NCBI GenBank assembly: GCA_973895155.1
Contig: OZ316892.1
Location: 21,639,619-21,703,618, forward strand
From: Marsupella aquatica
Lineage: Eukaryota > Plantae > Marchantiophyta
DNA: 64,000 bases
Direction: 5' to 3'
The translations under genes were made by a program, and so were the position numbers. A model generated the notes under the pieces. That model was not told the DNA's origin and did no database searches. It saw only the letters and a program-made list of their open reading frames with translations. Shown here piece after piece: positions 37,401 through 49,482 of this stretch. Every line of letters begins with the position of its first letter. Positions within the stretch are counted from its first letter, which is position 1.

Positions 37401-38000
37401 GGACCAAAACTTACATCCTACAATAGTAGCTATCAATAGAATTTGAATCAAACTAATAATTGTTTAATTGTATTCTACTTGGTCGAACGATGCCCGTGTT
37501 TACAAATTCCAATAAAAATGTAAAGAAGACCAGGCTAGTCTCAAAGAGTGTATCAGGGATTATCGTACAAGTCAATTAGACCACGCAAACCTAACCCTCT
37601 CAGCCTTTTGGTTTGAGAGCGAGCTACCTCAATTGATGTTGGCTTCACGTCATCCTTCTCAGCTGGCTGATTTGCATCATCCTTCGAGGATGCCTTAAAA
37701 ATAAGAAAGGATTCAGTTTCAAACCCCCCTCCCACAAGTGCTTGCTTCTCTAACAGCTTCCAAAACAGAAGTAAACTCGCAAACACAGTAGCTTTAAACT
37801 TAACAAACCATGTCTTACTTTTCATGTTACTTCATGAAAAAGTGAGAACAAACAACAGATTGTAAGCGAAGCGCTTGCAGTCACTCAGGTTCACAGACAA
37901 AAGCAAACAGTTTATGGTAGAATGATAGCCAACGGCAATATGATTTATATGGCTGCACTAGAAGGGTAGTAAAATCTAGAAGCACAACGTGTCTCACCAT
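34451..38000 (-). CDS. YTH-domain m6A RNA reader (YTHDC/ECT12-like), multi-exon
   Basis: YFIIKSLNHHNIAKSVENGIWATQAMNEPVLNEAF | VLLVFSVNMSGHFQGYAQM..W...WLRLYDLPF..HLKNPLN..KPVKISRDCQ | ELAEEVGQALC. GT-AG exons traced by eye: ATG at 38000, 37693-37628, 37224-37119, 36789-~36575, ~36460-36208, ~36024-35949, 35833-35389, ~35112-35050, ~34952-34860, last exon ending TGA at 34451. 5' UTR exons probably reach about 40.4 kb. Confidence 0.88.
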
Positions 38001-38268
38001 GGGACATCGGATCTGATCATATAAAAACTTCTGTGGTGTAATTAGTGGCTTCAGACTCTCTGCAATGTTTTAATGACCACTTGCAACATCAGCTTGAATT
38101 GAAGTGATACCGTCTGTTAAAGCCTGACAAAAAAATTGACAGAAGTTCATATTAATCGAAGACTCCAGTCTCCACAGCAATCAAGCGAAGCATCATCCTC
38201 TATAGTTCACTTTGGTTGACAAAGCAGGAAGTTTCGTTCGTTAGTAAACAGCAAACAGCAATAATATA

Positions 38269-38326
38269 CCATGAAAATGCCATGAAAATGCCATGAAAAT
38301 GCCATGAAAATGCCATGAAAATGCCA
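38269..38326. repeat. (CCATGAAAATG)x5 tandem repeat in the YTH gene 5' intron
   Basis: Directly visible. Confidence 0.95.
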
Positions 38327-41300
38327 AGTACGGACGTTACATTAAGTAGCAGCTTCCCCTCTTCTGCTCAACAATGCCCCACTCCCCAAATTAGAATTGA
38401 TTTTACTTTGCCAGCCGCATTTCCAATCACTTTTGACCACGAAGAATTTGGCTAGCTCCAATAACAGCAGATTAGGTCACACACGCAAGGATGTCCCTCG
38501 TGTTACTTGAATCATCGCAGCTAATAAAAAAGATCGTACAGCTAAACAGCGTTTTCAGACAGGGTAAGATCAATAGTATGATTGACACTCAATTGGCTCA
38601 GGACATGCAAGTTAAGGGTGATTACGTAGAGAATAAACTAGGACGCCATACCCACATACGCACTACTGTCTGTCGGTGACAAGGCAATGTGCTGAGCAGA
38701 TCCATTAGCAGTAACCCAGCAATTAAACAAAATCTGAGTGACAACGACGAATCCTTATCATGGTTCTGCGTGGATGAGAGGAGTCTTGGTCTCCTGTACG
38801 AACAACCACAATCCGAATGTTTACAAACTATTAATCGAGACCACAATTCGAAAAGTTGAGGTGGAATCATTCCACCAAAAACCAACTCCGTCATGCACAT
38901 ATATGTTTAGATATAAACCATTAAGCAGTTTCTCACCATAGTGAAGATGACAAACAATAAGAGCATTAATCCATCAAAGAACTGTTGAATAGACTACTAC
39001 AACTGAATATATTCATCTGTAAATTTATAATATACAGTTCCACTGTCTTACTTCCTAACCTTGTTTCTTCTGTCATTGTCTGTTAGTCATGGAGTGTCAT
39101 CCTTTGTAAATTTATTGGCCATAATCAATATACACACATCGTAACTTTCTATCGATGATTACAGCCCCGCATTCAAACAATGCCAAAATTCCCTTTGTTA
39201 AAAAAATTATCATGCTTGATAACGTTCGTGATAGACCATGATCAAGCTTTCGTGACCATAATCCTTGATCAGCATTATTTGGTGTGTCCCCTACCAATTA
39301 GGTCAATCATAAACTGCACCTCCGACAAAGTGATAATTGTAGGTCTCATTCCTCCCGTCCCAACCACCCCATGGAGTGGCACAGTCCGTAGGCCCCAGAT
39401 CATTCCATCCTTTGCATTAGCTGGCTCGGAAGTTTTGATATCTGCCAAAGCACAGAGAGAAGAAAACAGACTTCAACACAGTGAAAAGGCGATCAACAAC
39501 TTCAGGTTTATTCGTCAATTGCAATGACTCCCCCATAAAGCCGGCTGTATAACCTGTATAGTAGAAGCAAACGAGGGAATATGAATCGACACATCAAACG
39601 CAATGTCAGCGTCTTCGTCCGTATAGGGGGAGAGAGAACTTTGACTCTCCATGACGGACTTCCAAGGTTTAAGGTCATTAATGAGCAGCATTGTCTACAT
39701 AGAATTTTTGGGCTGTGCTCTAGCGCCGTAATTTCTCCACGCTGTAAACAATCTCTCCGGAATGTCTCTAACCTCCCCCCGCCCCCTTCAGCTAAAGTTT
39801 AACACAGATTTCAAACTTCAAACAGAAGGCGGACTGATTCGCAAACCTCAAAAAATACCTAAGCGCAATAGCCATAGACATCCTTGCACACTCCCCTCCC
39901 AGACACGGAATTCAGACGTATCGCACCTACAAACTTCTCAAGACCGATCAGAGCTGACTTTCAAGAGATTCTCCTTCGGCCAAACTATTATAATGCAACT
40001 GGAGAATCGAAATCCTTATCCTTGCCATGCGGATTGCCAATTCGCACGACCAATTGAATCAACTAAGCCACGGCAAAGGACTGGAATTATATCAAAAGTC
40101 CACCTGATATAACAACCAGCTCCACAGAAATCCTTCACACTGTCCCATAATCTCCACAGGGAGCCTTAAGACTGCATCGCATTATCACATGTTCCCGCCT
40201 CAGAACAAGAAAGAGATAACCCTAAACCCTGCCCTGATATTTCCACGTGACCCTTCTCGAATTTGTGGCAGAGAATTTTCTGATTTTGTGGGGAATTCTC
40301 CCTAGCTACAATTCTAAGTTCGGTTCCGTCTGGTTCGATGAGCAGCCACATTCAATTCACGCTTTTCGGCCACATTAGGAAGTGCTCTGACGATCAACCT
40401 TCACAACGAGGTGAGCAAAATCGAGAGCGAGAAAGAGAGAAAAACTTCTGTGCTGGACACTTACAAGCGATTCTTACACCCGTTCGCTTTCGAGGAACAG
40501 CACGGGGGCGCGCACATGCACAATGCGGTGTCGACAATTTACATGTGAATCGGTGGTTGGATAAAGACGGACCTCTTTGCCGTGTCTTCGTCTTTCCTCC
40601 ATCCCTTCTTTCTCCTTCTTTCTTCCTCTTTCTTCCTTTCTTCTCGTTAAGACTCACTGTGCTCACACTCCAATAAATGCAGGGATGCCTTTAGAGCAGG
40701 GGAAGTAACAACCTGGTAATTTCCACGTGTAGGGTAACCTGTGTGGCCTAGAGGGAGCTATGGGCTCTTAGGCCTGAGGGGGGGAAAAAGACATGTCAAA
40801 GCACAATTGTACCTGAGTTACTTCTCAGGACATAAAATGCACTTACTACCTGGACAAAATCATTATGGGTTACCAAAATATGTCCCCCCTATAAGGGTGG
40901 AACATCAAAAATAAATAAAGCTGTAACCAAAGTGTTACTGGAGAACCTTGACACACCCTAATAGGGCATGTCAAAATAGCGCCATAAAGGAGGTACGGGC
41001 AGGGACATAATACCCCGCATAATACCCTTTTATGGCCAGGACAGAACTCCTTACTGGTTACCTAAATGCACAACCTGCCCAAGAATCTTATGTCTGAAAA
41101 AATTGCAACCATGAGACTTGTTTTATGGCTGTAATTTGATACGCCCTCTAGTGTACTTGTGTACTTGTGTAGGGTAACCTATGGCCTGGAAGGGGTTATG
41201 GGCTGTTACACCCAAGGGTGGTGAGCCTGAGGGAGTTACGGCCATGGCCCTGGTAACTTATGGCCTGGAGGAGGTTTCTATTAATTATGGATTAACTCTA

Positions 41301-44300
41301 TCATCTGAGTGATTACATTAGTAATTTGATTGATATTGGTTATAAGAATATGAAGAAGGGGGGCACTGGGGAGTTATGGACTGTTAGTCCACAGGGTAGT
41401 GAGGGTGTGGGGGCTTCAGCCATGGGTTCAAAAGGATAGCCCTACACACTTTTTTTCACATAAGATTTTTTGAAACTTTGAGACTCTATGAGAATGGCTG
41501 GGGACTATGAAACTTGAAGCCCTCCGGCCAGGGGGTTACAGCTGGGGACTTCCCTTGAACTACAAGGAAAAAGCGAGGAGGGGGCTATGTACATAGTAAG
41601 GTTTTGTTTACAGTGCCATGTGGGATATAATGCCCCAAAAAATGAGGGGTATAATAGCGGTGACAGGAAACAGGTAACAGAATTCCTGTTATCAGGTAAC
41701 TCTTAACTGGTAACAGGAAAGTCTTATGGTAAAAGTGTACTTTTTGGCTAAGTTTGCCAAAAATTAACGTCATTTTCCACCACATCATCAAGTTGAATGT
41801 CTTCTTAGTGCCAAATGTGACGCAGTCAGATATAAGCCAAGGGTGTGGTCACAGCTGCAAAGAGAGGTTCCAAACCGAGTGTCCATCTGTTCTACATGAA
41901 TAATGTCGTCATAGAATATCCCCGCTATTTAGATACAGCATCATTTCAGAACAGTCCAGTTCAGAAAGCGCAGTTCGGCCTACGAGAAGGAAAAATAAAA
42001 TCCATGCAGGGATGGAGTAATTTATGGTGGGACCCACCCTAAATCCAGTTATAGGCTTAGACAACCGATCGGCGAAGAAGGGTTCTGGCATTTTCAATAT
42101 TGGAGCTAGACAGAGTGTGAAAACTAGCGCCAGGCGCTAACAAAGCTTTAACAGGGACAAAAGTTTAAGTTAAGGGACAACAACATGACAATAACCAGAT
42201 AAAATTCAAAATTTAACAATATTAATGTTCTGGAACCAGCGCCAGGCGCTCACCAAAAGCAAGAAAAAACCAGTGTAATATCCGTTGACTACAGACAAAA
42301 AGCATAGTATCCGTTACGAAAAACGACAGTCTCTAGAATGTCGTGTTACTCTACAAACCATTCGCGTTCTGCCTATCTAGCACGAGTCTGACTTCCGCAA
42401 CTGTGAAAATGGGCTGGCTACACAGGGCAGACTCCTCTACATGAAACTTGAAGACATTTATAAACACCCAATACAAATGTTTACAAGGCATATATGGCTT
42501 GCCGCGAGAATGACGACGGAAGAAATCCTCACAAGAACAGGTTGGGAAGACGCAAATTTGGACAAAGTAAGTGTTCGGGGATCGAAGGTTCTCGTGGGTC
42601 CAGATTTTGAATTGCTTCCCAAATGCAATTCCAATACCCACATCCCACTCGCCATCCAGAGCCATAGCTTCTTTCCGAGCCGACTCCATTCGTGTACTGT
42701 GAGCAAAAATTAGATTTGATCGATGTCTGGAGTTTCTCCCATTCCTGGTCTGAAGGCGTACGTTGGGGTTGGCGAAATTGATTCTTTCAGGAAATGCATT
42801 TACATTAATTCTCAAGTCGAATGGAACAGGTGCATCTCGAGACGTCATAGCTGTTTGGACCATCGAGACTCCCTGTGCTTCAAGGAACTCTACCTCGGCA
42901 GGTGACAGGTTGGTCCCTTTCACAACTGGCAAGATATCCGGAACAGGAGGAAGGCGTTCAACACCACGACACGGATGGCTCTTGTAGCATGTTTTGTTTG
43001 GGTAGAACCATATCATTTCTGCAATGGGTGTGCCTCTGAAAATTCGATGTCCGCTGACAACAATGCCGACAACACCTGCTGCCAAATGGAACCCGACTTT
43101 TTTGACACAATTTCGACACTCATCCCTCTCAGAATTTCCATGCAAAGTCCCATTGCACTGAGGCCCTGCCCCATATTTGGCCGTCCACCGCAAATGCCAG
43201 GTCCCTCTAGGAACGTCCATTTCCAAAGGAGTTGACTCTGTCGGCAAACGTTGAAGAACAGCCGGAGCACTGAGTGGGGGTTGCGATGGTGTTGCTGTTC
43301 CTCTGGCTTCAGGGGTGTTCGCAAGGGAATCACTTCCATTCGTTGAAGTGTCGCTCCCGCCGAGGTCGACTATGGGATCTATTACATTTGCGGGAAAGGA
43401 AGTGAAGGCGGTGTTGTTGAGATTCTTCCGTTTGAACCCTTGAGTATTTGGTGTAGTGATGAGAATGGTGTCATGCCGATGGGAGTCTTGTGGCGAGACA
43501 ATCCCAGTTGCAAGTCCCTTCCTCTTAACCGACTTTGTGACAATATCTCCATTCAGAGGAGAGCTCCTATCCAGATCCAAATCAGCAGCGTTGGAAAGAA
43601 TCATGTTGGTTGCTTCTTCAAATAACTTGGGTGAACCAGATTGGTCTGCGGATCGAAATGCTAATTCCCAGATAGTTGGCCCCTTCCCTCTATTGAGTCC
43701 CTTCCGATATGTGCTGTAACCCGCAACTTGTGACAGAGCTCAATTTTGATCAACTTTGCATGCTTCAAAGAGACCCACCATTTTTTTGGTAGCCCATGCT
43801 TTCATGGAGGCGTGCCTTGACTCTGACCCGGTACAGTTTGGAATGAGCGCACCTTCTTCTGCACTTTTGCTCTGAAATCAAATCCGTCCAGACAAAATTT
43901 ACTTCTTTTGTATAAGCAGCGCCAAGCGCTAGCAATGAGTAGGAGATAATAAAAGAAGGTTTATCGGTACAAGTTTTTTTTTTGGTAATGTTTGAAGGTT
44001 TTCTGAGTGAAAAGTAAAGAAGCACCTGGCGCTAGTATAAACACACTGAGGTTTGACTAATAAAAGCATCAGGAAAACTTACCACACAAATGAAATTCCC
44101 CCACTGACGCCATCGAACAACCCACCAAGATATCCAACTCTGCAACATCATCAGCTTTCCTAGGACACAATTTCCTACTTGCCACCACAACACGATTTCC
44201 CTCAAAACTTGATACGCCGCAACAAACGTTGGAGCATTCCGCAGTTTCTCCCATAGTTGCCGATGTTCTGGTTGCTTACCCTCCAGAACTCCTTCTGTAG

Positions 44301-46152
44301 AGTGTCGATGGAAAGACTGGTAAAAGTGAAATGCATCAGAGCGTTCACGTTTAGGGTCTGGGTGCCCTCCAAAAAAGACATTGCGAACGGCAATCCATCC
44401 AGCTTGAGCATTGTCAACCATAAAACCTTGAATGACAACGTCCTATAACCCATTTTCCTTACCAACCTCAATCATAATTCTCCACGCTTTCTCAAAGGAC
44501 TTCGTGTCTTCAACTTTTAGTTCGCATGTGAAGATTGTACAAAGAGCTTGGAAGTTGTGATCGTAAACGTGTGCATTGAAAGTAAACCAGTCGGTTGTCA
44601 CTCACTTCATCACATCAAAACTCACCCAAGCTCCTTCCAATCTTCCGTCGGGTTGCATCTGCCGGAGAAGATCTACACCAGATCCATGACCCTTGACTGT
44701 CATTTTGAATATATGGGGCCTATCTGCTACACAACCCTGACCCGGCAGGATGTACCTTTGGAGGAAAGAAATGTTATTTGACCTTTGCATCCGAGCTAGG
44801 AAATCTAACTCACCACTACCAGCCTGGTCCATTCGAACGCTTCGACAAAGCGATGCAAATTTCTAAGGGGTAGACTATACCATGAGAGACTTCCAAATCT
44901 TCGTTTCTTCAATATCTACTATGTCGTCGACATTTTCGCAAAGAGCTTTCACGAGCGAATCGGTTGCGGAATTCAAAATACCAGTCGGCTTTGCTAGAGG
45001 ATTGGCTTCATGATTTCTTCTTATCAAATCCTCAGCTATCTTCTTAGCGCTCCTCGTAAAAACTTTCCTACTCGGGTGGTTATGCTCACCTATATGAACT
45101 GCGAGCTGAGACATGTGACTACAGGTCTCTGTATCAAGAAGGACTTGAGGGTACATATAAAACAAGCGAGCAGGGCAAGACTTCACACAGAAAGGAATCT
45201 ACTCACAATAGTGACAGACTACACCACCCTCTTCAATCAACGAACCTACCATGTGCTGGCCACTGAGTTTAGGAGCACCATGCCAGGCCTTTGCATTGCA
45301 TCTCTTCTTTCGTTGAAAGTACTCACAGGACTTGTTCCTGCACTCAATGAACCCGGTACACATAACCTTACCAAATTCCCAATGTTTCTTTGGATGCACG
45401 TTCGCAGTTGTTGGAAAAATTCGGTTCAAAATGTAACAATCTTTGGCACGGTCCATGTCACGAAGTCTAGGTCCCTTGGAGAGCGTTCCCTCAATGGGAG
45501 GCAGTTCAAATACAACATTTCCGTTGTACTTGTCTGGCAAACAAGGAACTTGCTCATGCCGGAAGTCCCCTGCCGAGATAAATCTTGACAGTTCAATATG
45601 TCCCGTGGCCTTGAGTAAGGCGTCCATTGCACTCCTCCAATAGACTTTATGACCAACTTCGGAGGTAGCTGTGATGCCTAGCCAGGAATCACTGGGCTAG
45701 TTTAAGGGGAAAAGGGAAGTGTACCCTAGAAACACCTTAGTATAGTTACATAAATAAGGAAAATATAAACAATTAAGGGTGACTATGGAACTCGAGCCGA
45801 GGCCGGAAGTAAGGACGCCAGGGGAGAGAATACGATTAGGGTTAGGGCACGCTAAGTGCCGGCGGCCAGGGGTAACCAACGGGAGGGAGAACCTTAGGAG
45901 GAGAGGGGTAAGGACCACTCGCGGGGAGTAGTGGCTCATTTCCAAGCACGCACTAGGCAGGCGACTACGGGAGGCCAACTACTGTCAACTGCTTAGGCAA
46001 GCGCTCAGGGTGGGAACAGATACCGACTATCAACTCGAGAAGGGTATGAGCAACGTCAATCAAGCGGCACATTTTTGGGGATGCCTGTTCGAACGGGCAA
46101 CTGAGTACATTGGGACTTACGAGGACGAAGAATCGGAGAGAGCAGCTCGAGA

Positions 46153-47811
46153 ATGGCAGGAGCTTGCCCGATTGTGGAGTTGCAGAAAGCTGCTTTCTTA
46201 GGAGGGGAACTCATCAAGGCTGAATTCCTGTGGACGCCTACTGGCAACGAGCTAGATGACCTGTTGTTTTGTGAAGATAGAGTCGTCGGCATCCGAGAAG
46301 CCATCAAACGCTGCAACAACATACACTGGGAGTTGAAGGGTAGCACGGAGGGGTGGACAAAGGCAACCGTGCTAGGAGAGACATCCACGGGAGCAGAGAT
46401 GAAGAGGAAGGGGAACAACAATGAAGAGGCCACCCCGGCAAAAAGAACAAGGTCGGCGGCACCAAAGAAGCCAGCAGAACAGCAGAGCAGGAGGCAGAGA
46501 GAAGCCGAGGAGGAGGAGGTCGACCCCATCAATGTCATTCCAACAAACGATGACACCTGGAAAGGCTGGGCGGCGACCCTACCGAAGGAAGTGCAATTAC
46601 ACTTTGCACGGGAGGAGGATGCATGCTTTACAGCTATGCAGACCAAGAAGTACCAAGGCTTCATGGCCGGATCCGGCTTGGAAGCCTTCGTAAGATTACC
46701 ATGGCTGAAGCCGGAGGTGCCGGACTCAGACTTGTTAGAATTCGTGGAATCATGGGAGTTCGAGACCAATTCCACAAGGGTGTATGGGAAGGAATTCTAT
46801 CTCACTCCCCGGGTGATTGCTGAAGTGTTTGGCTTGCCGATGGGTAATAAGACCAAGGTTGATACTAGGAAGACCTTACCTGACAAGGAGTTTTGGTCGT
46901 TCCCAGGACCATCAACAAGGAATGGCTTCTTCCGGAACACCTACACCAACCCGCACATCAGAGAGATGATCGATTTCTTGCGGGTAACCACGCATTGTAA
47001 CTTGCCGAGGGCAGAGATCGGCAAGGCTCAGGTCTACCTGGCAGAAAGGCCAGACCCAAGCCGGGATTACAATGGGTACCTCCTCAACCAACTGAAGAAG
47101 ATCTTGAAGGAGGAACAGCAGGTGATCGGCGTGGGAAGCATGTCCCGGCTTGGCTATCACATGCCACTGTTGTGCCGGTATGCCAGAAGTCAAATCTTTG
47201 CCCCAGTACTTCCTCTATCGGCAAGAGCACCGGAGGAGGTCTCGAAGCAGACGCCGGCAACGGAGAAACCCAACCCGCCCGACAGTCCTACAATCGAGCA
47301 GGTGTTTAGGCCAAGGACGGAGGACTTGCCGATGCAGCAACCAGGCATGCAGAATCTGCTGAAATTGCTGGAGAAGGAAAAGAGAACGGCAACGGCAACG
47401 GCAACGGCACCAATGCAGGACACTGCTCTAGAGGTGGGCCTAAGCCGGCTTACAAGGGAAAACCCCTTTACTGGGGTCAAGGAGAGAAGGAGGCCGGAAC
47501 ACGAGCCGGGAGTCCGGATGTATGTCGGAGCCTCAAGTCCCGAAGCCGAGGAAAAGCAGGCCGTAGCTCCCGGCCACGACAAGGAGAACAAGAGATCAAC
47601 ACGGAAGCCGGAGGAGGAACCAAGACCGGTGAGAAGTGAAGCCGTGTTCACAACAAAACCAGGAGAACAGCGGGAGAAGCCGGTAGTCCAAGCCGAGGAG
47701 GAGGCGGTAGAGGACTACAGCAATGATGACTCCGGCTACGGGTCGGATCATCATGTTCCACGAGTAAGGACCTGTGGCTGGTTCATCCCCACGCTCCCAA
47801 GAGTAGTTTGA
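46153..47811 (+). CDS. Retroelement accessory protein (Ty3/gypsy accessory/env-like region), probably starting at ATG 46026 via a frameshift
   Basis: 552-aa ORF. GLEAFV..P...LLEFVESW....TRVYGKEFYLTPRVIAEVFGLPMG resembles plant gypsy accessory ORFs. No gag/pol motifs. Confidence 0.55.
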   Translation: MAGACPIVELQKAAFLGGELIKAEFLWTPTGNELDDLLFCEDRVVGIREAIKRCNNIHWELKGSTEGWTKATVLGETSTGAEMKRKGNNNEEATPAKRTRSAAPKKPAEQQSRRQREAEEEEVDPINVIPTNDDTWKGWAATLPKEVQLHFAREEDACFTAMQTKKYQGFMAGSGLEAFVRLPWLKPEVPDSDLLEFVESWEFETNSTRVYGKEFYLTPRVIAEVFGLPMGNKTKVDTRKTLPDKEFWSFPGPSTRNGFFRNTYTNPHIREMIDFLRVTTHCNLPRAEIGKAQVYLAERPDPSRDYNGYLLNQLKKILKEEQQVIGVGSMSRLGYHMPLLCRYARSQIFAPVLPLSARAPEEVSKQTPATEKPNPPDSPTIEQVFRPRTEDLPMQQPGMQNLLKLLEKEKRTATATATAPMQDTALEVGLSRLTRENPFTGVKERRRPEHEPGVRMYVGASSPEAEEKQAVAPGHDKENKRSTRKPEEEPRPVRSEAVFTTKPGEQREKPVVQAEEEAVEDYSNDDSGYGSDHHVPRVRTCGWFIPTLPRVV

Positions 47812-48069
47812 GGAGACCCGAGCCAGCAGAGCAGCCCCGAGTCTCCCCCACCAGATGTCGCTCCCCCGAGCTTTGACGGCATAAAACAAACGGCGCAGGA
47901 ATTTCAGGAGCAAATCAGGGAGGAAGAGGAGGCAGCCCTGGCTAGGGAAAAGGATTTACCAGGAGGAGAATGGCCAGAGGACATCAGGCGGCTTGCAGAA
48001 AAACGAAGCATCCCTCCAGCCACAATAGAAGGAATCCGCAAGGCGGCTTGGGAGCACAAGCCACGGTGG

Positions 48070-49482
48070 ATGATGCCGATGACTTCTACTTCCTCCACCT
48101 ATGCTAAAAATAGAGCCATGGAGTACGGGGAAATGTGTGGAGAGCTGGCGCTCAGCATCTTTGGGGAAGAGTTGGAGCAAGGACCCTTTTTTCAGAGGGA
48201 GATGTTGGAGAAGCACCAATTAGAAGAAGCAGTGGCTTTGGAAAGAACCAAGAAGGACGAGGTCATCCGTCGGCTCAAGGCAAGGGAAGCTGAAATCAAA
48301 GACCTGAGGGCGGCCAAGAAAGCCCAAGATGAGCTACGGATTAAGCGGCATGAGCTAAATATCATGCAGGGCCAATTGGATACCGCACAGTCTGATAATC
48401 GGATTATCGAGAATAAATTGACTCGAACCCAAGAAGAGTTGGCCGATGCGATCAAGGAGCGGGAGAAGTGGAAGCGAGAGCTGAGGGATGCAGAGGAGGC
48501 CCACATAACAGCCAACAACCGGGCCAGGGCGGAGACCCAGAGAAGGGAAAGGGCATTGAAGGAGGAGCTCGAGGTTATCCGCGGAGCCCTTGAGAAGGAG
48601 GCCGAGTTAGGGAAATCCTATCAAGGGATTATTGCGCTGCAGCAGGAGCTTGCATCCCTGACGGCCAGCTTCAAGGCCGACCTGCGTGAGAAGGACAATA
48701 TGCTCGATCAGACTTACGCCAAGATGAACCAGATGGAGTCTGTCATCATTGCAGAGCTCGACAAGGAGTTAAGAGCGACCCGGGAGGAGAGAGCTGCATT
48801 TAAACAGGAATTGGAGGAAGCCCAAAAGGAGCTGGAGGAGGCGGGCAAGGACCTGGACGAAGTGCAAGAAGAGTTGGAGGAAAGCACGCGGAAGCTAGAG
48901 AACTTACAACGACGAGCCGACAACCAAACGGAGCGGCTGAAGAAACAAGCCGCAGTATTTAAGTGCTTGGCTTCATCAGGGCCAACTCAAATTGAGGCCA
49001 CTAAGTTACCAGGAGTGGTACTGGCCGAAGGACAAGCCGCGCCATTTGCACTAGTGCCGGAAGTAAGTGGGAAGGGGAAGGGGCTAGCTGTCGAACCAGA
49101 AAAGAAGAAGAAGCGGAAACCTTCAGGGTCAGGGAGTAATACGGCTCCACAGACCGTGGTGACCAAGGAGGTAAACCCAGCACCGACCTCAGGCAGGGTT
49201 ACGGCAGAGGATCCAACTACCCTAGAAGAAGGGGATGACAAAGCCGAGGCCAGGATACTCGGTAATGAAGCCGAGGTACCCAATCCGCCACTTGAGTGTG
49301 CAAGGGAGGCCGTAGCCGAGGCTGATGTTGAAGCCGATGCCGTTGCCGGGGGTGGACCCAGTCAGGCCGATGGAGAGTTGACTCAGTCAAGGGCAGGTAA
49401 TCTGTCAGAGAACGAACCTACGGCAGTGGCTGAGGTGGAAGCATTGGGGGCATCCACTGAGGAACAGCCACCGCTGCCATGA
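48070..49482 (+). CDS. Long coiled-coil protein with acidic tail, possibly the C-terminal part of the preceding ORF
   Basis: 470-aa ORF, E/K/R/L-rich heptads, with a KKKKRK basic patch. Confidence 0.55.
   Translation: MMPMTSTSSTYAKNRAMEYGEMCGELALSIFGEELEQGPFFQREMLEKHQLEEAVALERTKKDEVIRRLKAREAEIKDLRAAKKAQDELRIKRHELNIMQGQLDTAQSDNRIIENKLTRTQEELADAIKEREKWKRELRDAEEAHITANNRARAETQRRERALKEELEVIRGALEKEAELGKSYQGIIALQQELASLTASFKADLREKDNMLDQTYAKMNQMESVIIAELDKELRATREERAAFKQELEEAQKELEEAGKDLDEVQEELEESTRKLENLQRRADNQTERLKKQAAVFKCLASSGPTQIEATKLPGVVLAEGQAAPFALVPEVSGKGKGLAVEPEKKKKRKPSGSGSNTAPQTVVTKEVNPAPTSGRVTAEDPTTLEEGDDKAEARILGNEAEVPNPPLECAREAVAEADVEADAVAGGGPSQADGELTQSRAGNLSENEPTAVAEVEALGASTEEQPPLP

Noticed and set aside
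40700-41637. Degenerate GGCCTG.AGGG.GTTATGG repeats upstream of the YTH gene as a distinct element
   Set aside because: Probably an old repeat remnant, but I could not define termini, a TSD or coding capacity.
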